DNA of 32,321 nt from a virus (taxonomy: Duplodnaviria; Caudoviricetes): positions 1-32,321 of the IMG/VR virus record IMGVR_UViG_3300036793_000061; one strand, written 5' to 3'. Both the position numbers and the translations under genes were made by a program. Of this stretch, positions 9,176-17,863 are shown one piece after another; the stretch's first letter is position 1; each line of letters begins with the position of its first letter. Under the pieces are notes generated by a model that was not told the origin of the DNA, ran no database searches, and saw nothing but the letters and a program-made list of their open reading frames with translations.

Positions 9176-9564
9176 CCGAACACCACCGGCCCCACGCTGG
9201 AGTAGAGGCCGTCCACGTCGGCGTCGGTGCGGCCCACCCGGACGATGCCCTGGTCCCCAAAGCCGAGTGTGCCGTCAATGGAGTCCCGGCGACGGTACAG
9301 CCGGGCGCTGTGGAGCAGGCAGGCCTCGTGGGCCCGGTCGGGCAGGGTGGTGGTGTCGGGCGGGTAGGTCGGCGAGCCGGTGACGGTGACCGTGCCGTCC
9401 GGGTTGGTGACGTAGGTGTAGGTGTTCCCCATCCGGCCCACGCCGTATTCGATGGCGGCGTTGAGGGCGGTCTGAATGACCCCATCCTCGGTGGGGTCGG
9501 GCTGGAGGCGCAGCAACGTCCGCACCTCTTTCAGCGTGGGCCACTGGCCGGTCCCGAGAACCAT
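9172..9564 (-). CDS. head-tail connector (gp6/gp15-like adaptor)
   Basis: Start reassigned to ATG 9564 (TGATG overlap); WPTLKEVR..D.VIQTALNAA, ACLLHSARLYRRRDS.DG. Confidence 0.8.
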   Translation of the reverse strand: MVLGTGQWPTLKEVRTLLRLQPDPTEDGVIQTALNAAIEYGVGRMGNTYTYVTNPDGTVTVTGSPTYPPDTTTLPDRAHEACLLHSARLYRRRDSIDGTLGFGDQGIVRVGRTDADVDGLYSSVGPVVFG

Positions 9565-9989
9565 CAGACGAAGGTGAAGCCGTTGGTCAGGGTCACGTTG
9601 CCGCGCGGGTTGGCGACCACGACGGCCACAGCCCCGGTGGCGTGCGCCGGGGTGAGGCACGACACCTGGCCGTCGCTGTTCACCAGAAACCCTGTAGCGG
9701 CTGTGCCGCCGAAGGTCACCCCGGTGGAGCCCGTCAGGCCCTCACCAAAGAGGTTCACTCCGGTGCCACCCCCGGCAGGGCCGCTGTTGGGGGCGATGGA
9801 GTCCACACCGGGGATGGCGGCCAGCGAGCCCCACTGATCCTTGCGGACGTACACCTGCTGCTTTCCGCTGTGCGGGTATTGGTCGAGCAGCCAGGAGCCT
9901 GGCCGCGCCAACGCCGTGGCCACGTCGGTCGCCGGGGCATCGCTGGTTGCGATGCCCCACGACCCGGCAGGCTTGATGCTCCAGCCCAT
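9564..9989 (-). CDS. IPT/TIG (Ig-like) domain virion protein
   Basis: P.VDSIAPNSGPAGGGT.V.L.G..LTG...VTFGG..A...TP.HA.G.V.VVV.NP.G......FTF pattern. Confidence 0.85.
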   Translation of the reverse strand: MGWSIKPAGSWGIATSDAPATDVATALARPGSWLLDQYPHSGKQQVYVRKDQWGSLAAIPGVDSIAPNSGPAGGGTGVNLFGEGLTGSTGVTFGGTAATGFLVNSDGQVSCLTPAHATGAVAVVVANPRGNVTLTNGFTFV

Positions 9990-11434
9990 TACTTCTTGGA
10001 GCTCGTGGAGCTCGTGGAGCTCGTGGTTGGGGTGTCGCTCCCGGGCAGGCCTCCGGCAGCCTGCTCGGCCTGGGCCTCGTGCGGGGCGTCGATGGCCTCG
10101 ACGTCGAGCATCGTCGGCATCCCGGCTGGCGGGGTGAGCGGCACGAAGGCTGGCGTAGCCAGGGTGCCTTGGGCCAGGTAGCCGCCATAGGCCACCTGGA
10201 CGCCAAGAATGCTGGGCTCGATGACCGACAGGAGGCCGATGACCTCCTCGTACACCTCGAAAAGCCCAGCCGGGCCAACGATGCAGGTTCCGGCCGGGAA
10301 GGTCGGCACCACGATGCGGGGCACCCCGAGCATGTCGCCCCGGAACGACGCCATCGACGAGCCGCCAATGTCCATCGAGTCCATCGGCGGCTCAGTGGCC
10401 CCGACGCTGGTATCGGGCGGCAGCACCACCCGGGCCACATCGACCAGGCTGCCGAGCGCGGCCCACACGTCCAGCGAGCACCACACCCGGTTGGGCATCT
10501 GCAATCCACCCTGGTAGGCGTGCATCGCCGCGGTGTAGAGGGCCAGGGTCCAACCCTTCAGGTCGTTGGTGGCGACCACGACGGGCGCGGCCGTCGCCGC
10601 GGTCTTGAATGCCCCTGCCGCGGCTGTCTCGGTCTGCACCGCGTACACGTCGGCCAGGTCTTTGATGAGAATGTCCCACGCACTCGGGCTGGTCCAGTCA
10701 ATGTCCTGGCGGCTGATATCGACGGTGCCGCCCCACGTGGACTTGGCGAAGTTGACCGGGCTGACGGTCATCTTCTGTGACGGGAGCTGCGTTTTCTCGC
10801 CTGCCCCGCCAGCCGGCAACTGCTGGCCCACGGTGACGTGCTGGGTGATCTTGGGGCGGCTGAACTGCGTGCCCGGGATGCCCGTCATCGGCTTGGCCCC
10901 GCCAAGGGAACTGATGAACGGCCGGTTGACGTCGATCAGGTTGACGACCGTGCCCACGATGGGCGTCGGCAGGATGCCTGGCGTATCTGGCGTCTTTTGG
11001 TCGGCCACGGCCCGAGCCTGGGTCACTCGGGCCATCGCGTCCGGGTCGGGGTGGCCCCGCTGCATGATGCCCGAGGCCCGCAGGTAGTCCACCACGAAGG
11101 CACCGGCGCTGGAATACTGCGGAGCTCGGTCACCTCCGTCCATCCGGCGTGGCTCGGCCGGGATGCGATCAGGAACGAGGCCAGGGCGGCCAAAGCCGTT
11201 CGGCGGGGCCAGATCGGCCCGGGAGTCGCGGTGGGCGTCGCGCACCGCCTCATAGGCCTCCAGCGGCTTGATCTGGTCGTCGAGCTCGGTGATGCGCTGC
11301 TTGGTGCGCTCCACGACGGCCTGCTCGGCGTCGGTCAGGTCGCGGCCTTCCACTTGGGCCAGGACGTTCTCAATGGTTTCCACGAGTTGAGCCCGCTCAT
11401 CGAGCAGGCGTTGCAGGACGATGCTGCGGGGCAT
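9989..11434 (-). CDS. major capsid protein, HK97 fold with N-terminal coiled-coil delta domain
   Basis: Coiled-coil N-terminus; PGILPTPI, EKTQLPSQK, GGTVDISRQDID; follows prohead protease. Confidence 0.92.
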   Translation of the reverse strand: MPRSIVLQRLLDERAQLVETIENVLAQVEGRDLTDAEQAVVERTKQRITELDDQIKPLEAYEAVRDAHRDSRADLAPPNGFGRPGLVPDRIPAEPRRMDGGDRAPQYSSAGAFVVDYLRASGIMQRGHPDPDAMARVTQARAVADQKTPDTPGILPTPIVGTVVNLIDVNRPFISSLGGAKPMTGIPGTQFSRPKITQHVTVGQQLPAGGAGEKTQLPSQKMTVSPVNFAKSTWGGTVDISRQDIDWTSPSAWDILIKDLADVYAVQTETAAAGAFKTAATAAPVVVATNDLKGWTLALYTAAMHAYQGGLQMPNRVWCSLDVWAALGSLVDVARVVLPPDTSVGATEPPMDSMDIGGSSMASFRGDMLGVPRIVVPTFPAGTCIVGPAGLFEVYEEVIGLLSVIEPSILGVQVAYGGYLAQGTLATPAFVPLTPPAGMPTMLDVEAIDAPHEAQAEQAAGGLPGSDTPTTSSTSSTSSKK

Positions 11435-11628
11435 GGGCTGATTCCACCTTTGGCTAGAAAGCGAATGCCGACCGGGCCAGCGGTTACAAGCCCGTTCGTG
11501 CGCTTAGAGCACTCCGGGTGCTGGCGTCAGCGATGCCTCTGGCCGGTGGCTGCCGGGTGGCTCAGAGCCGGGCCGGTGCCGGGCGGCGGGTCGTGCGCGA
11601 CCGCGTTCCGTGTGTTATCCGTGGCGGA

Positions 11629-12327
11629 TCATAGCGTCGCCAGGTATTGGCGCAGCGCATCCGCCCTTGGCGTAGGTGGCCCGAGATGGGCGCGCAAGGC
11701 CCGGTAGTCGTCCACGGTCATGCCATCGACTGTGAGCCCGTCAGGGCTGTTGCGGATCGACGTGACCTGAGCGCCAGCGAACGCAGGCGTGGGCGTGATC
11801 GACACCTCGATCAGCCGATTCTCCAGCCGGGTCACCCGGTCCATGTGATCTGGGCCGCCGTCAGGGTCCCACTCGTCCACAAACTCCCACTTGGAGCGGA
11901 TGGGGATGAAGCCGATGGACAGCCCGGTCAGGTCGCCTGAGTTCGCCATCTCCGCAGCCCGCTGTGCCTCGCCAGTGGCGTTGAGCCGCCACACCCCATC
12001 GAGCCCGTCGCCGTGCCTCCAGTCCACGGCGTGGCCGATGGGCCAGGTGGCGTTGTTGTGGAACAGCAACAGCGGGGCCTCTTTCGCTGCCCCGGCTGTG
12101 GTCTTTTTCATGCTGGCCGGGTCGTGGCTCTCCAGAAACCAGCGCAGGTTGGCCTCCTCGCCATAGGGGACAGCCCGGCCTTCCAGCGTCGTGTACGGGC
12201 CACGAGCGGTGGAGCGGCCCGGGGTGATCTCACGGAGCTCCAGCGCGGCGGGCATCTGCCGGGTGCGAGCCCCACTGCCGCCAGGGCCGGGATGCTCGCG
12301 ATCCTCGATGTAAACGAAGGTGCTCAT
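11629..12327 (-). CDS. HK97-family prohead protease
   Basis: LEGRAVPY, LLLFHN..PIG, GLSIGF, LIEVSITPTPAFAGA; start moved to ATG 12327 (ATGA overlap with portal stop). Confidence 0.92.
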   Translation of the reverse strand: MSTFVYIEDREHPGPGGSGARTRQMPAALELREITPGRSTARGPYTTLEGRAVPYGEEANLRWFLESHDPASMKKTTAGAAKEAPLLLFHNNATWPIGHAVDWRHGDGLDGVWRLNATGEAQRAAEMANSGDLTGLSIGFIPIRSKWEFVDEWDPDGGPDHMDRVTRLENRLIEVSITPTPAFAGAQVTSIRNSPDGLTVDGMTVDDYRALRAHLGPPTPRADALRQYLATL

Positions 12328-13574
12328 GGCGAAGGTGCTCCTTGTGGCTCGGGCTGCGGTCCTCCAGACGGGACGACCAACGATGTTGGCGGCGGTGGCG
12401 GCGGTGGCGGCGGCGGTGGTTCCTGATAGGTCGGGTCGGGCGCGCCCGAGCTCGCCAGCGTGGCGGGCATCCCGAGCAGGTAAAAACCCTGCTCCCCGGT
12501 CAGCACCCCGGCCGCGACCAGGGTGGCGACGGCTGTGGCGGTAGTGGGCAAATCCTCGGCCAGCAGCTTGTTGCGGTCGAACTGGACTGTCTGGCCCCGG
12601 GGCAGCCACTGGTACGACCACTCATCCTCGAAGTCGGCCAGCACCGGCTCCAGCGAGGTGCGGAGAATCTGCTGATACTGCGGGGCCGCGGTCTTGTAGG
12701 TCATCCCGGCCACCGGCGAGCCCAGCCAGTAGCCGTCCAGGTTGAACAGGTTTGCCACGTCGAGCAGGGTCAGTTTGCGGGCCTCGATGAGTTGGGTGTC
12801 GCTCGGGCTCCACGCCAGCGGAATGACCTGTGTCCCGTTGGGGAGGATGACCGGCTCGCGGGTCGCGCCACCGAACTTCGACACCCACGAGGCCTTGGCG
12901 TCGTTGGCGACGTCCTCGGTGATGTTGGCCTGCGGGGTGATAACCGCCACAGACGGCACAGCCGCCCCGGTCAGAGTGGACCGCTCATACTCCTCCTCGG
13001 CCGCGGCCCGGTCCAACGTAGACAGGTATTCCTCCACCACCCCCACGCCCCTGACCGGGTACCAGCGATCCGCGCCCCGGCGGATATGGATGACGTCAGC
13101 CGGGTTGAGCGGCACCGAGCTCCAGGCGTAGTAGTAGGTCACCTCCTCCAGAGCTCCTGGGTTCCACTGGATGTAGACCCACGAGGCCGGGAGCCACATC
13201 ACCGAGGTGGGCCAGCCGTCGGCACCCCGAGAAGTCACAACGGAGATGGCGTTTCCGTTGAGCAGGTAATCCTCCACGCTGACCTGAACAAACCAGGCCC
13301 GGCCGCGGTCAGGGTCGGGCCGGTACAGCATGAGCGGCCGGGGCAGCACCGAGCCGCCCCGGTAGGCGTCCATCTGCATCTGCTTGACCATGCCCCCGTA
13401 CAGGCCGATGGCCCGGCCCACCGCGGGCACCCTGCGGGCTGAGGTGGCGTCCCAGACGTAAGGCCCGGGCAGCCCGTACAACGCGGACGGGGCTGCCCCC
13501 GGTGGCGGGATGAGCGAGCCGTCGCGGGTCAGCCGTGGCCGGGCCACTGCCCCTGCTGTCGTGACGACGCTCAC
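12324..13574 (-). CDS. phage portal protein (HK97-like)
   Basis: VPAVGRAI, YLLNGNA, DVIHIR, QLIEARK..VANLFNL, poly-Pro tail; GTG 13574 is an estimated start. Confidence 0.92.
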   Translation of the reverse strand: MSVVTTAGAVARPRLTRDGSLIPPPGAAPSALYGLPGPYVWDATSARRVPAVGRAIGLYGGMVKQMQMDAYRGGSVLPRPLMLYRPDPDRGRAWFVQVSVEDYLLNGNAISVVTSRGADGWPTSVMWLPASWVYIQWNPGALEEVTYYYAWSSVPLNPADVIHIRRGADRWYPVRGVGVVEEYLSTLDRAAAEEEYERSTLTGAAVPSVAVITPQANITEDVANDAKASWVSKFGGATREPVILPNGTQVIPLAWSPSDTQLIEARKLTLLDVANLFNLDGYWLGSPVAGMTYKTAAPQYQQILRTSLEPVLADFEDEWSYQWLPRGQTVQFDRNKLLAEDLPTTATAVATLVAAGVLTGEQGFYLLGMPATLASSGAPDPTYQEPPPPPPPPPPPTSLVVPSGGPQPEPQGAPSP

Positions 13575-13623
13575 CGGGGCCTCAGCGTAGGCCGCAAAAG
13601 TGCAGGTCGGACGTGATCGGCCC

Positions 13624-13730
13624 ACGAGAGGCACCTATATGCGCTCCTCCTGGGCGCTGCGCCGCCCGGTGGATCGGCGTCCACCCCGAGCACCGCAGGG
13701 CCGGGAGACGCACAGCGGGGCACCTCTGCG
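13624..13730. repeat. ~107-bp dyad element, copy B (between terL and portal)
   Basis: cgagaggcacctatatgcgctcctcctgggcgc...ggtggatcggcgtccacc...cacagcggggcacctctgcg. Confidence 0.7.
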
Positions 13731-13760
13731 GCGCATCCGGCCCCGAGCTCGGGCCGGGCC

Positions 13761-15188
13761 TCACCCGATCTTGAAGGTGCCCTCACCGGCCCTGACCAGC
13801 GCGTAGCGGGCCAGGGTGACCGCCACCAGCGGGCTGATATCGCCACCGACCTTGCGGGCCCAGGCCCACGAGTCACCGAGCACCCGTTTGCGGGCTGCCG
13901 CCACCGCGGTGTTGAGCACCGGCTGGCCCAGATGGGCCACGGTCGGCTGGGCCGACACCACCGCGTCGTAGAACTGCCCACAGGCGGCTGTCATCTCTCG
14001 GGCGGTCACCGGGTCGGTGCGAACGTCGTTGGCGGCCAAGTCCAGCAGCAAACTGCCAGCCGGGCTGGCCGGGTCCACGATGACCGGCTCCGCGCCCCAG
14101 CGCCGTTGGAGCTCGGCCATCCGGCCCGGCACCCAATCGGGAGTGCCCTCGCGGTGCTCGATGATCTCCACGTGGACCCGGCCCGGCCCGGCCCAGCCTG
14201 CCGCGGCCACGCTGGTCCACTCCCGGTTGGGGGTGGTGTCGATGGCGAAACGGGGCACCCCGGTCAGCCGGGAGTGCTCATCGCGGCCGCGCAGCCAGGC
14301 CGATATGGGGATCACCGTCAGGCCAGCCGGGGCACGCCGGTTGAGGTAGGCCCGGCTGAACTCGGCCGGGTCCATCACGTCATGGTCGGCCCGGATCACC
14401 TCGATGGGCACGGTGCGGCCCAGCGCGGGCATGCAATCCCACCACGTCTGCTCCTCGTCGGGGTTGTCGTCATCGCCAGCCGACCACTCGAAGTAGGCCA
14501 CTCCCGACTGGCTCCCGGCCTCCACCCGAGCTCGGCCATCCTCGCAGCGGTCGTTGAGGAACATCGATTCGTCTGTGCCCTCGGTGGAAAGCACCCACAT
14601 CTGGGCGGCCGGGCGGGTCATCATCGCCGGGCGGAAGGCCTGCGACAGCCGCTCATCCTTCTGCGCCCAGGCCTCATCGACCACCCCAAGGTCCAGGTAG
14701 AACCCATGCCCCGATGTCTCGCCTGAGGCGGTGATGCCAATGGAGCCACCCGTCGCAGGGACGATGATGCGCTCCAGGCCGGTCTGGCGGCGCACGTCGA
14801 TGGCCGTTGCCAGCGGGGACAGGTTCAGGAAGTCGGCCTGCTCCTCCCACTTCAGCCGGGAGTTGTTGCGGTCCTGGGCCGCGTACAGGCAGCGCTGGAG
14901 AAGGCCCCAATACAGGCAGCGGTCGAGCTCCACCGACCAAACCACCGTGGTCTTTCCAGACTGGCGGGGCACCTTCACCCGAACTTCCCTGTAGGCGGGC
15001 AGGCCGTTGCGCTCCACCTCCAGCGCCACGTTGACCACCTGGGCCTGCCAGGGCATCAGCGGGCGGCCAATCAGCTTGGCGAGTTTGGCGACCCGGCCCC
15101 CATAGGTTTTGCGCTCAGCCTTCCTCTGCGTCGCCCATCTCGGCGGACAGGGACGCAAGGAGCGCGGCGAGGGCATCAGTGTCGTCAT
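13761..15188 (-). CDS. terL: terminase large subunit
   Basis: LMPWQ, Walker A VPRQSGKTT, Walker B GVVDEAW, nuclease FAID and DISPLVA motifs. Confidence 0.95.
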   Translation of the reverse strand: MTTLMPSPRSLRPCPPRWATQRKAERKTYGGRVAKLAKLIGRPLMPWQAQVVNVALEVERNGLPAYREVRVKVPRQSGKTTVVWSVELDRCLYWGLLQRCLYAAQDRNNSRLKWEEQADFLNLSPLATAIDVRRQTGLERIIVPATGGSIGITASGETSGHGFYLDLGVVDEAWAQKDERLSQAFRPAMMTRPAAQMWVLSTEGTDESMFLNDRCEDGRARVEAGSQSGVAYFEWSAGDDDNPDEEQTWWDCMPALGRTVPIEVIRADHDVMDPAEFSRAYLNRRAPAGLTVIPISAWLRGRDEHSRLTGVPRFAIDTTPNREWTSVAAAGWAGPGRVHVEIIEHREGTPDWVPGRMAELQRRWGAEPVIVDPASPAGSLLLDLAANDVRTDPVTAREMTAACGQFYDAVVSAQPTVAHLGQPVLNTAVAAARKRVLGDSWAWARKVGGDISPLVAVTLARYALVRAGEGTFKIG

Positions 15189-15771
15189 CGTTTCGGCCTC
15201 GGAGCACAGTGATAGCCGACACCTGGACCCGGGCCAGCGAGGCCAGCGCGGCTGGGCTCTCGTCGGGCTCGATGCGGTCCAGCGCGGTGGCGATGGTCCG
15301 CACCAGTGCTAGCAGGGCCTCGTCCACCGGCTCCAAGCGGCCTGTAGTTCTCAGGGCGGCGATGGTGGCCTCGGCCCCACGCTGGTTGCGCCAACGCGGC
15401 TTGGCCCCGCTGGCCTCGCTGCCGTCGATCAGGCCGAGCTCCCGGCCGAGAGCACGGACCACAGCGGCGTTGGCGGTCTTGACCGACTGGAGCGGGTTGC
15501 GGACCAGGCCCTTGGCTCCCTGGATGACCGGCCCTGACCGGTCCAGCACCGTTTGGGCCTGCTGGTAGTCGGCCACCGCGCAGGCGTACACGCACAGCGC
15601 GTCCGGGTCGGCGTCGGGCTTGGCCGCTCTGGCCCGGCTCCACACCTCGGCCGCGGCCGGGCTCAACCACTGTGGCGGGGCTGGCACTTTCGCTGCGCCG
15701 GCGTCAGCGGGGCCAGCCCGGCCAGCCTTCCTGACACCTCGAGTGCGCCGCCCTGTATCGGCTGGCTTCAT
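15115..15771 (-). CDS. terS: terminase small subunit (P27-like N-domain plus second helical domain)
   Basis: PPQWLSPAA.EVW, LCVYACAVADYQQA, NPL, ELGL; immediately upstream of terL. Confidence 0.8.
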   Translation of the reverse strand: MKPADTGRRTRGVRKAGRAGPADAGAAKVPAPPQWLSPAAAEVWSRARAAKPDADPDALCVYACAVADYQQAQTVLDRSGPVIQGAKGLVRNPLQSVKTANAAVVRALGRELGLIDGSEASGAKPRWRNQRGAEATIAALRTTGRLEPVDEALLALVRTIATALDRIEPDESPAALASLARVQVSAITVLRGRNDDDTDALAALLASLSAEMGDAEEG

Positions 15772-15779
15772 TGGGGCTC

Positions 15780-16080
15780 CCGGTCAAACCGCCGTGGATC
15801 GGCTGGGATCATTTTGCTTCGGTCCCGATGTTTCGTGATGCCGCGCAAAAAAGATGATGTGCGGGGTCGTCGCGGGTCGCCAGGCAAAAAACACTCCCCC
15901 CCACCGGCCCTGCCCCCGGTGGGGTCGATGCCCCCCCCACCCGGGTGGTGCCACCCCCGCCACACCCGTTCGTTCTTTTATTCGTTCGTCGGCCCGGCCT
16001 GCGCCTGCTGTCGCCGTTGGGGGGGAGTCCGGCACTCCTGCCCTCCGACCCTGGCGGTAGCAGGGCGGTTGGGCTCCCAT
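15780..16080. other. probable cos/packaging-origin region
   Basis: Gap between HNH and terS with G/C homopolymer runs and T/A tracts; usual position of 3'-cos in HNH + P27-terS phages; exact cut site not identifiable. Confidence 0.45.
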
Positions 16081-16353
16081 TCACCACTGCCGGGACTGCG
16101 GGCCGAGTTGCCTGGCGGCTCTGGCCTCGTTGGTCAGCGCCGCCCCGCCTTGGCTGTTGTGGGGCAGGCACGAGGCCCTGAGGTTGGCCCTGTCGTTGCT
16201 GCCACCCTTCACGACGGGCACGATGTGATCGACCGTGGTGGCGACGGCCAGACAACCCGGCCACTCGCAACGGTGCCCTGCTTCGGCCAGCACGATTGGG
16301 CGCAGGCGACGGTACAGACGGGAGTTGTAGGCGTTGTGGCGTTTCGGGCTCAT
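16081..16353 (-). CDS. HNH endonuclease (packaging-associated)
   Basis: CEWPGC..ATTVDHIVP..GG...NLRASC..HN. Confidence 0.92.
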   Translation of the reverse strand: MSPKRHNAYNSRLYRRLRPIVLAEAGHRCEWPGCLAVATTVDHIVPVVKGGSNDRANLRASCLPHNSQGGAALTNEARAARQLGPQSRQW

Positions 16354-16408
16354 GGAGTCTGATTTGGGATTCGACTAGCCACCATCGGCGCGGCCCACAG
16401 TTCTCTGG

Positions 16409-16963
16409 CTACTCCAACACTGCTGTGACCATCATGGCTATGTCGAGCCCGAGGCGCATCGGTTGGCGGTCGGCCGGGAGCTCCACCGCGTCCTGCGAGC
16501 GGGCCACTCGGCGCACCTTGGTCTGTCGGCCTCGCACCCACCCGTCATTCTGGGCGGTGCCGCGGGCGGCACGTCGGACGGCAGCCGCTACAGGGCCGTT
16601 GAGCCAGATGACCAGGACTTTCCTGTCGGTGCTGCGGGCCGCGGCGTACATGCGGGGCGAGGCCAGCCGGTCACCTTCGGCCACGACCAGCCGGAGCTCG
16701 GAGCCGGGGCCGGTGATCCAGTCACAGGCGGCTGGTAGGACGCTCATGGAGAGCCCATCGGAGCCAGGGAACTCGGCGCGGTCCCGGCCGAGCTCGACGC
16801 CGATGAGCTCGGCGTGCGGGTCGAAGCGTTCCACGTAGAACAGGCCGCGCCCGGCTTGGTGCTCCCATTGCTGTGTAACTCCCAGGGCTTTCCACATGCT
16901 GTTGATGGCGGTGGACTTTCCCACGCCGGGCTCACCGATGACCGAGAGCAGCAGCCGCTTCAC
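16409..16963 (-). CDS. P-loop nucleotide kinase, putative hydroxymethyl-pyrimidine DNA kinase
   Basis: Walker A IGEPGVGKST; GSDGLSMSVLP, VAEGDRLA, GRQTK resemble P-loop kinases of base-modification operons; GTG 16963 overlaps the upstream stop. Confidence 0.75.
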   Translation of the reverse strand: MKRLLLSVIGEPGVGKSTAINSMWKALGVTQQWEHQAGRGLFYVERFDPHAELIGVELGRDRAEFPGSDGLSMSVLPAACDWITGPGSELRLVVAEGDRLASPRMYAAARSTDRKVLVIWLNGPVAAAVRRAARGTAQNDGWVRGRQTKVRRVARSQDAVELPADRQPMRLGLDIAMMVTAVLE

Positions 16964-17085
16964 GAGCCGGGCGGGGCGTGGATGCGCCACCATTCGGCGC
17001 ACTCCTCGCAGAGCTCGGTCACCACCCCGTCGATGACCACATCTTCGGTGGCGGGCCGCTCGTCACACTCCTCGCAGAGCCGCAC
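16960..17085 (-). CDS. 41-aa CxxC..CxxC zinc-finger protein
   Basis: Not in ORF track: VRLCEECDERPATEDVVIDGVVTELCEECAEWWRIHAPPGS; GAGGAGG RBS; GTGA overlap with kinase start. Confidence 0.7.
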   Translation of the reverse strand: MRLCEECDERPATEDVVIDGVVTELCEECAEWWRIHAPPGS

Positions 17086-17863
17086 TGGCCGTCACCTCCT
17101 CTATAGCCACCCGGGCCAGCATCGGTGCGATGGTGTACCCGGAGCGGTGGAATCCGCCAAAGCGGACACAGCCGTTGCCGAGCCGTTTCACCGGCCAGGC
17201 TTGGCGCACCCGTCTGCCTTCGAGCAGGCTCCAGCCGTCGGCGCGGTCAACCCACCTGGCCCGGATGGCGTATTCCATCATCGCCTGCGCGTCTTTACGC
17301 GCAGCAGCCGGGCTGGCCCCGGTCGATGAGCCGATGCGCGCCCCGGAGCTCCACGCCACCGCGTGCACCTCGTGGTACGGCCTGAGCACGTGGATGCGGA
17401 GCTCGGGCGAGGCCAGCGCGGCTGGGTCGCGGTGATACCACGTGGCCCCGTAGCTGACCCGGCCACCGTCGTCCCGAGCTCGGCAGTCGAGCGTGGGGAT
17501 TGCAACATCGGCTGTGAAATCGTTACCACCGATGTTGCCGTCGAGCTCCAGGGCGAGTTGCGACCCGGCCGCTCGGCGTCCGAGCTCCAGAATGGGGGCC
17601 GGGTCCACGCAGTATTGGCTCGGGGCCATCCGGGCCTGAGGTTTGCGGTAGGTGCTGTAGAGGGCACCGAGCTTGACCGGGTAGCCACGCTCCCGGTACC
17701 AGTGGGCGGCCATCGCCGCGAACGGCCCCGACAGCACCGCCAGCGCGGCTGAGCTCGCCTCCGGGTGGTCGCCCACGATCTCGGCGTTCAGCCCGAGCTC
17801 GCAGGCGGCCTGGTAGGCGCAGCATCCTGCGATACCCCGCCCGAGGATCACGAGATCAGGCAC
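17063..17863 (-). CDS. FAD-dependent oxidoreductase (glycine/D-amino acid oxidase-like)
   Basis: N-terminal Rossmann DLVILGRGIAG, ASSAA, C-terminal GGFHRSGYTIAPMLA; start estimated at GTG 17863. Confidence 0.8.
   Translation of the reverse strand: MPDLVILGRGIAGCCAYQAACELGLNAEIVGDHPEASSAALAVLSGPFAAMAAHWYRERGYPVKLGALYSTYRKPQARMAPSQYCVDPAPILELGRRAAGSQLALELDGNIGGNDFTADVAIPTLDCRARDDGGRVSYGATWYHRDPAALASPELRIHVLRPYHEVHAVAWSSGARIGSSTGASPAAARKDAQAMMEYAIRARWVDRADGWSLLEGRRVRQAWPVKRLGNGCVRFGGFHRSGYTIAPMLARVAIEEVTASAALRGV

Noticed and set aside
12385-12425. GGCGGT-type microsatellite
   Set aside because: Encodes the poly-Pro tail of the portal protein
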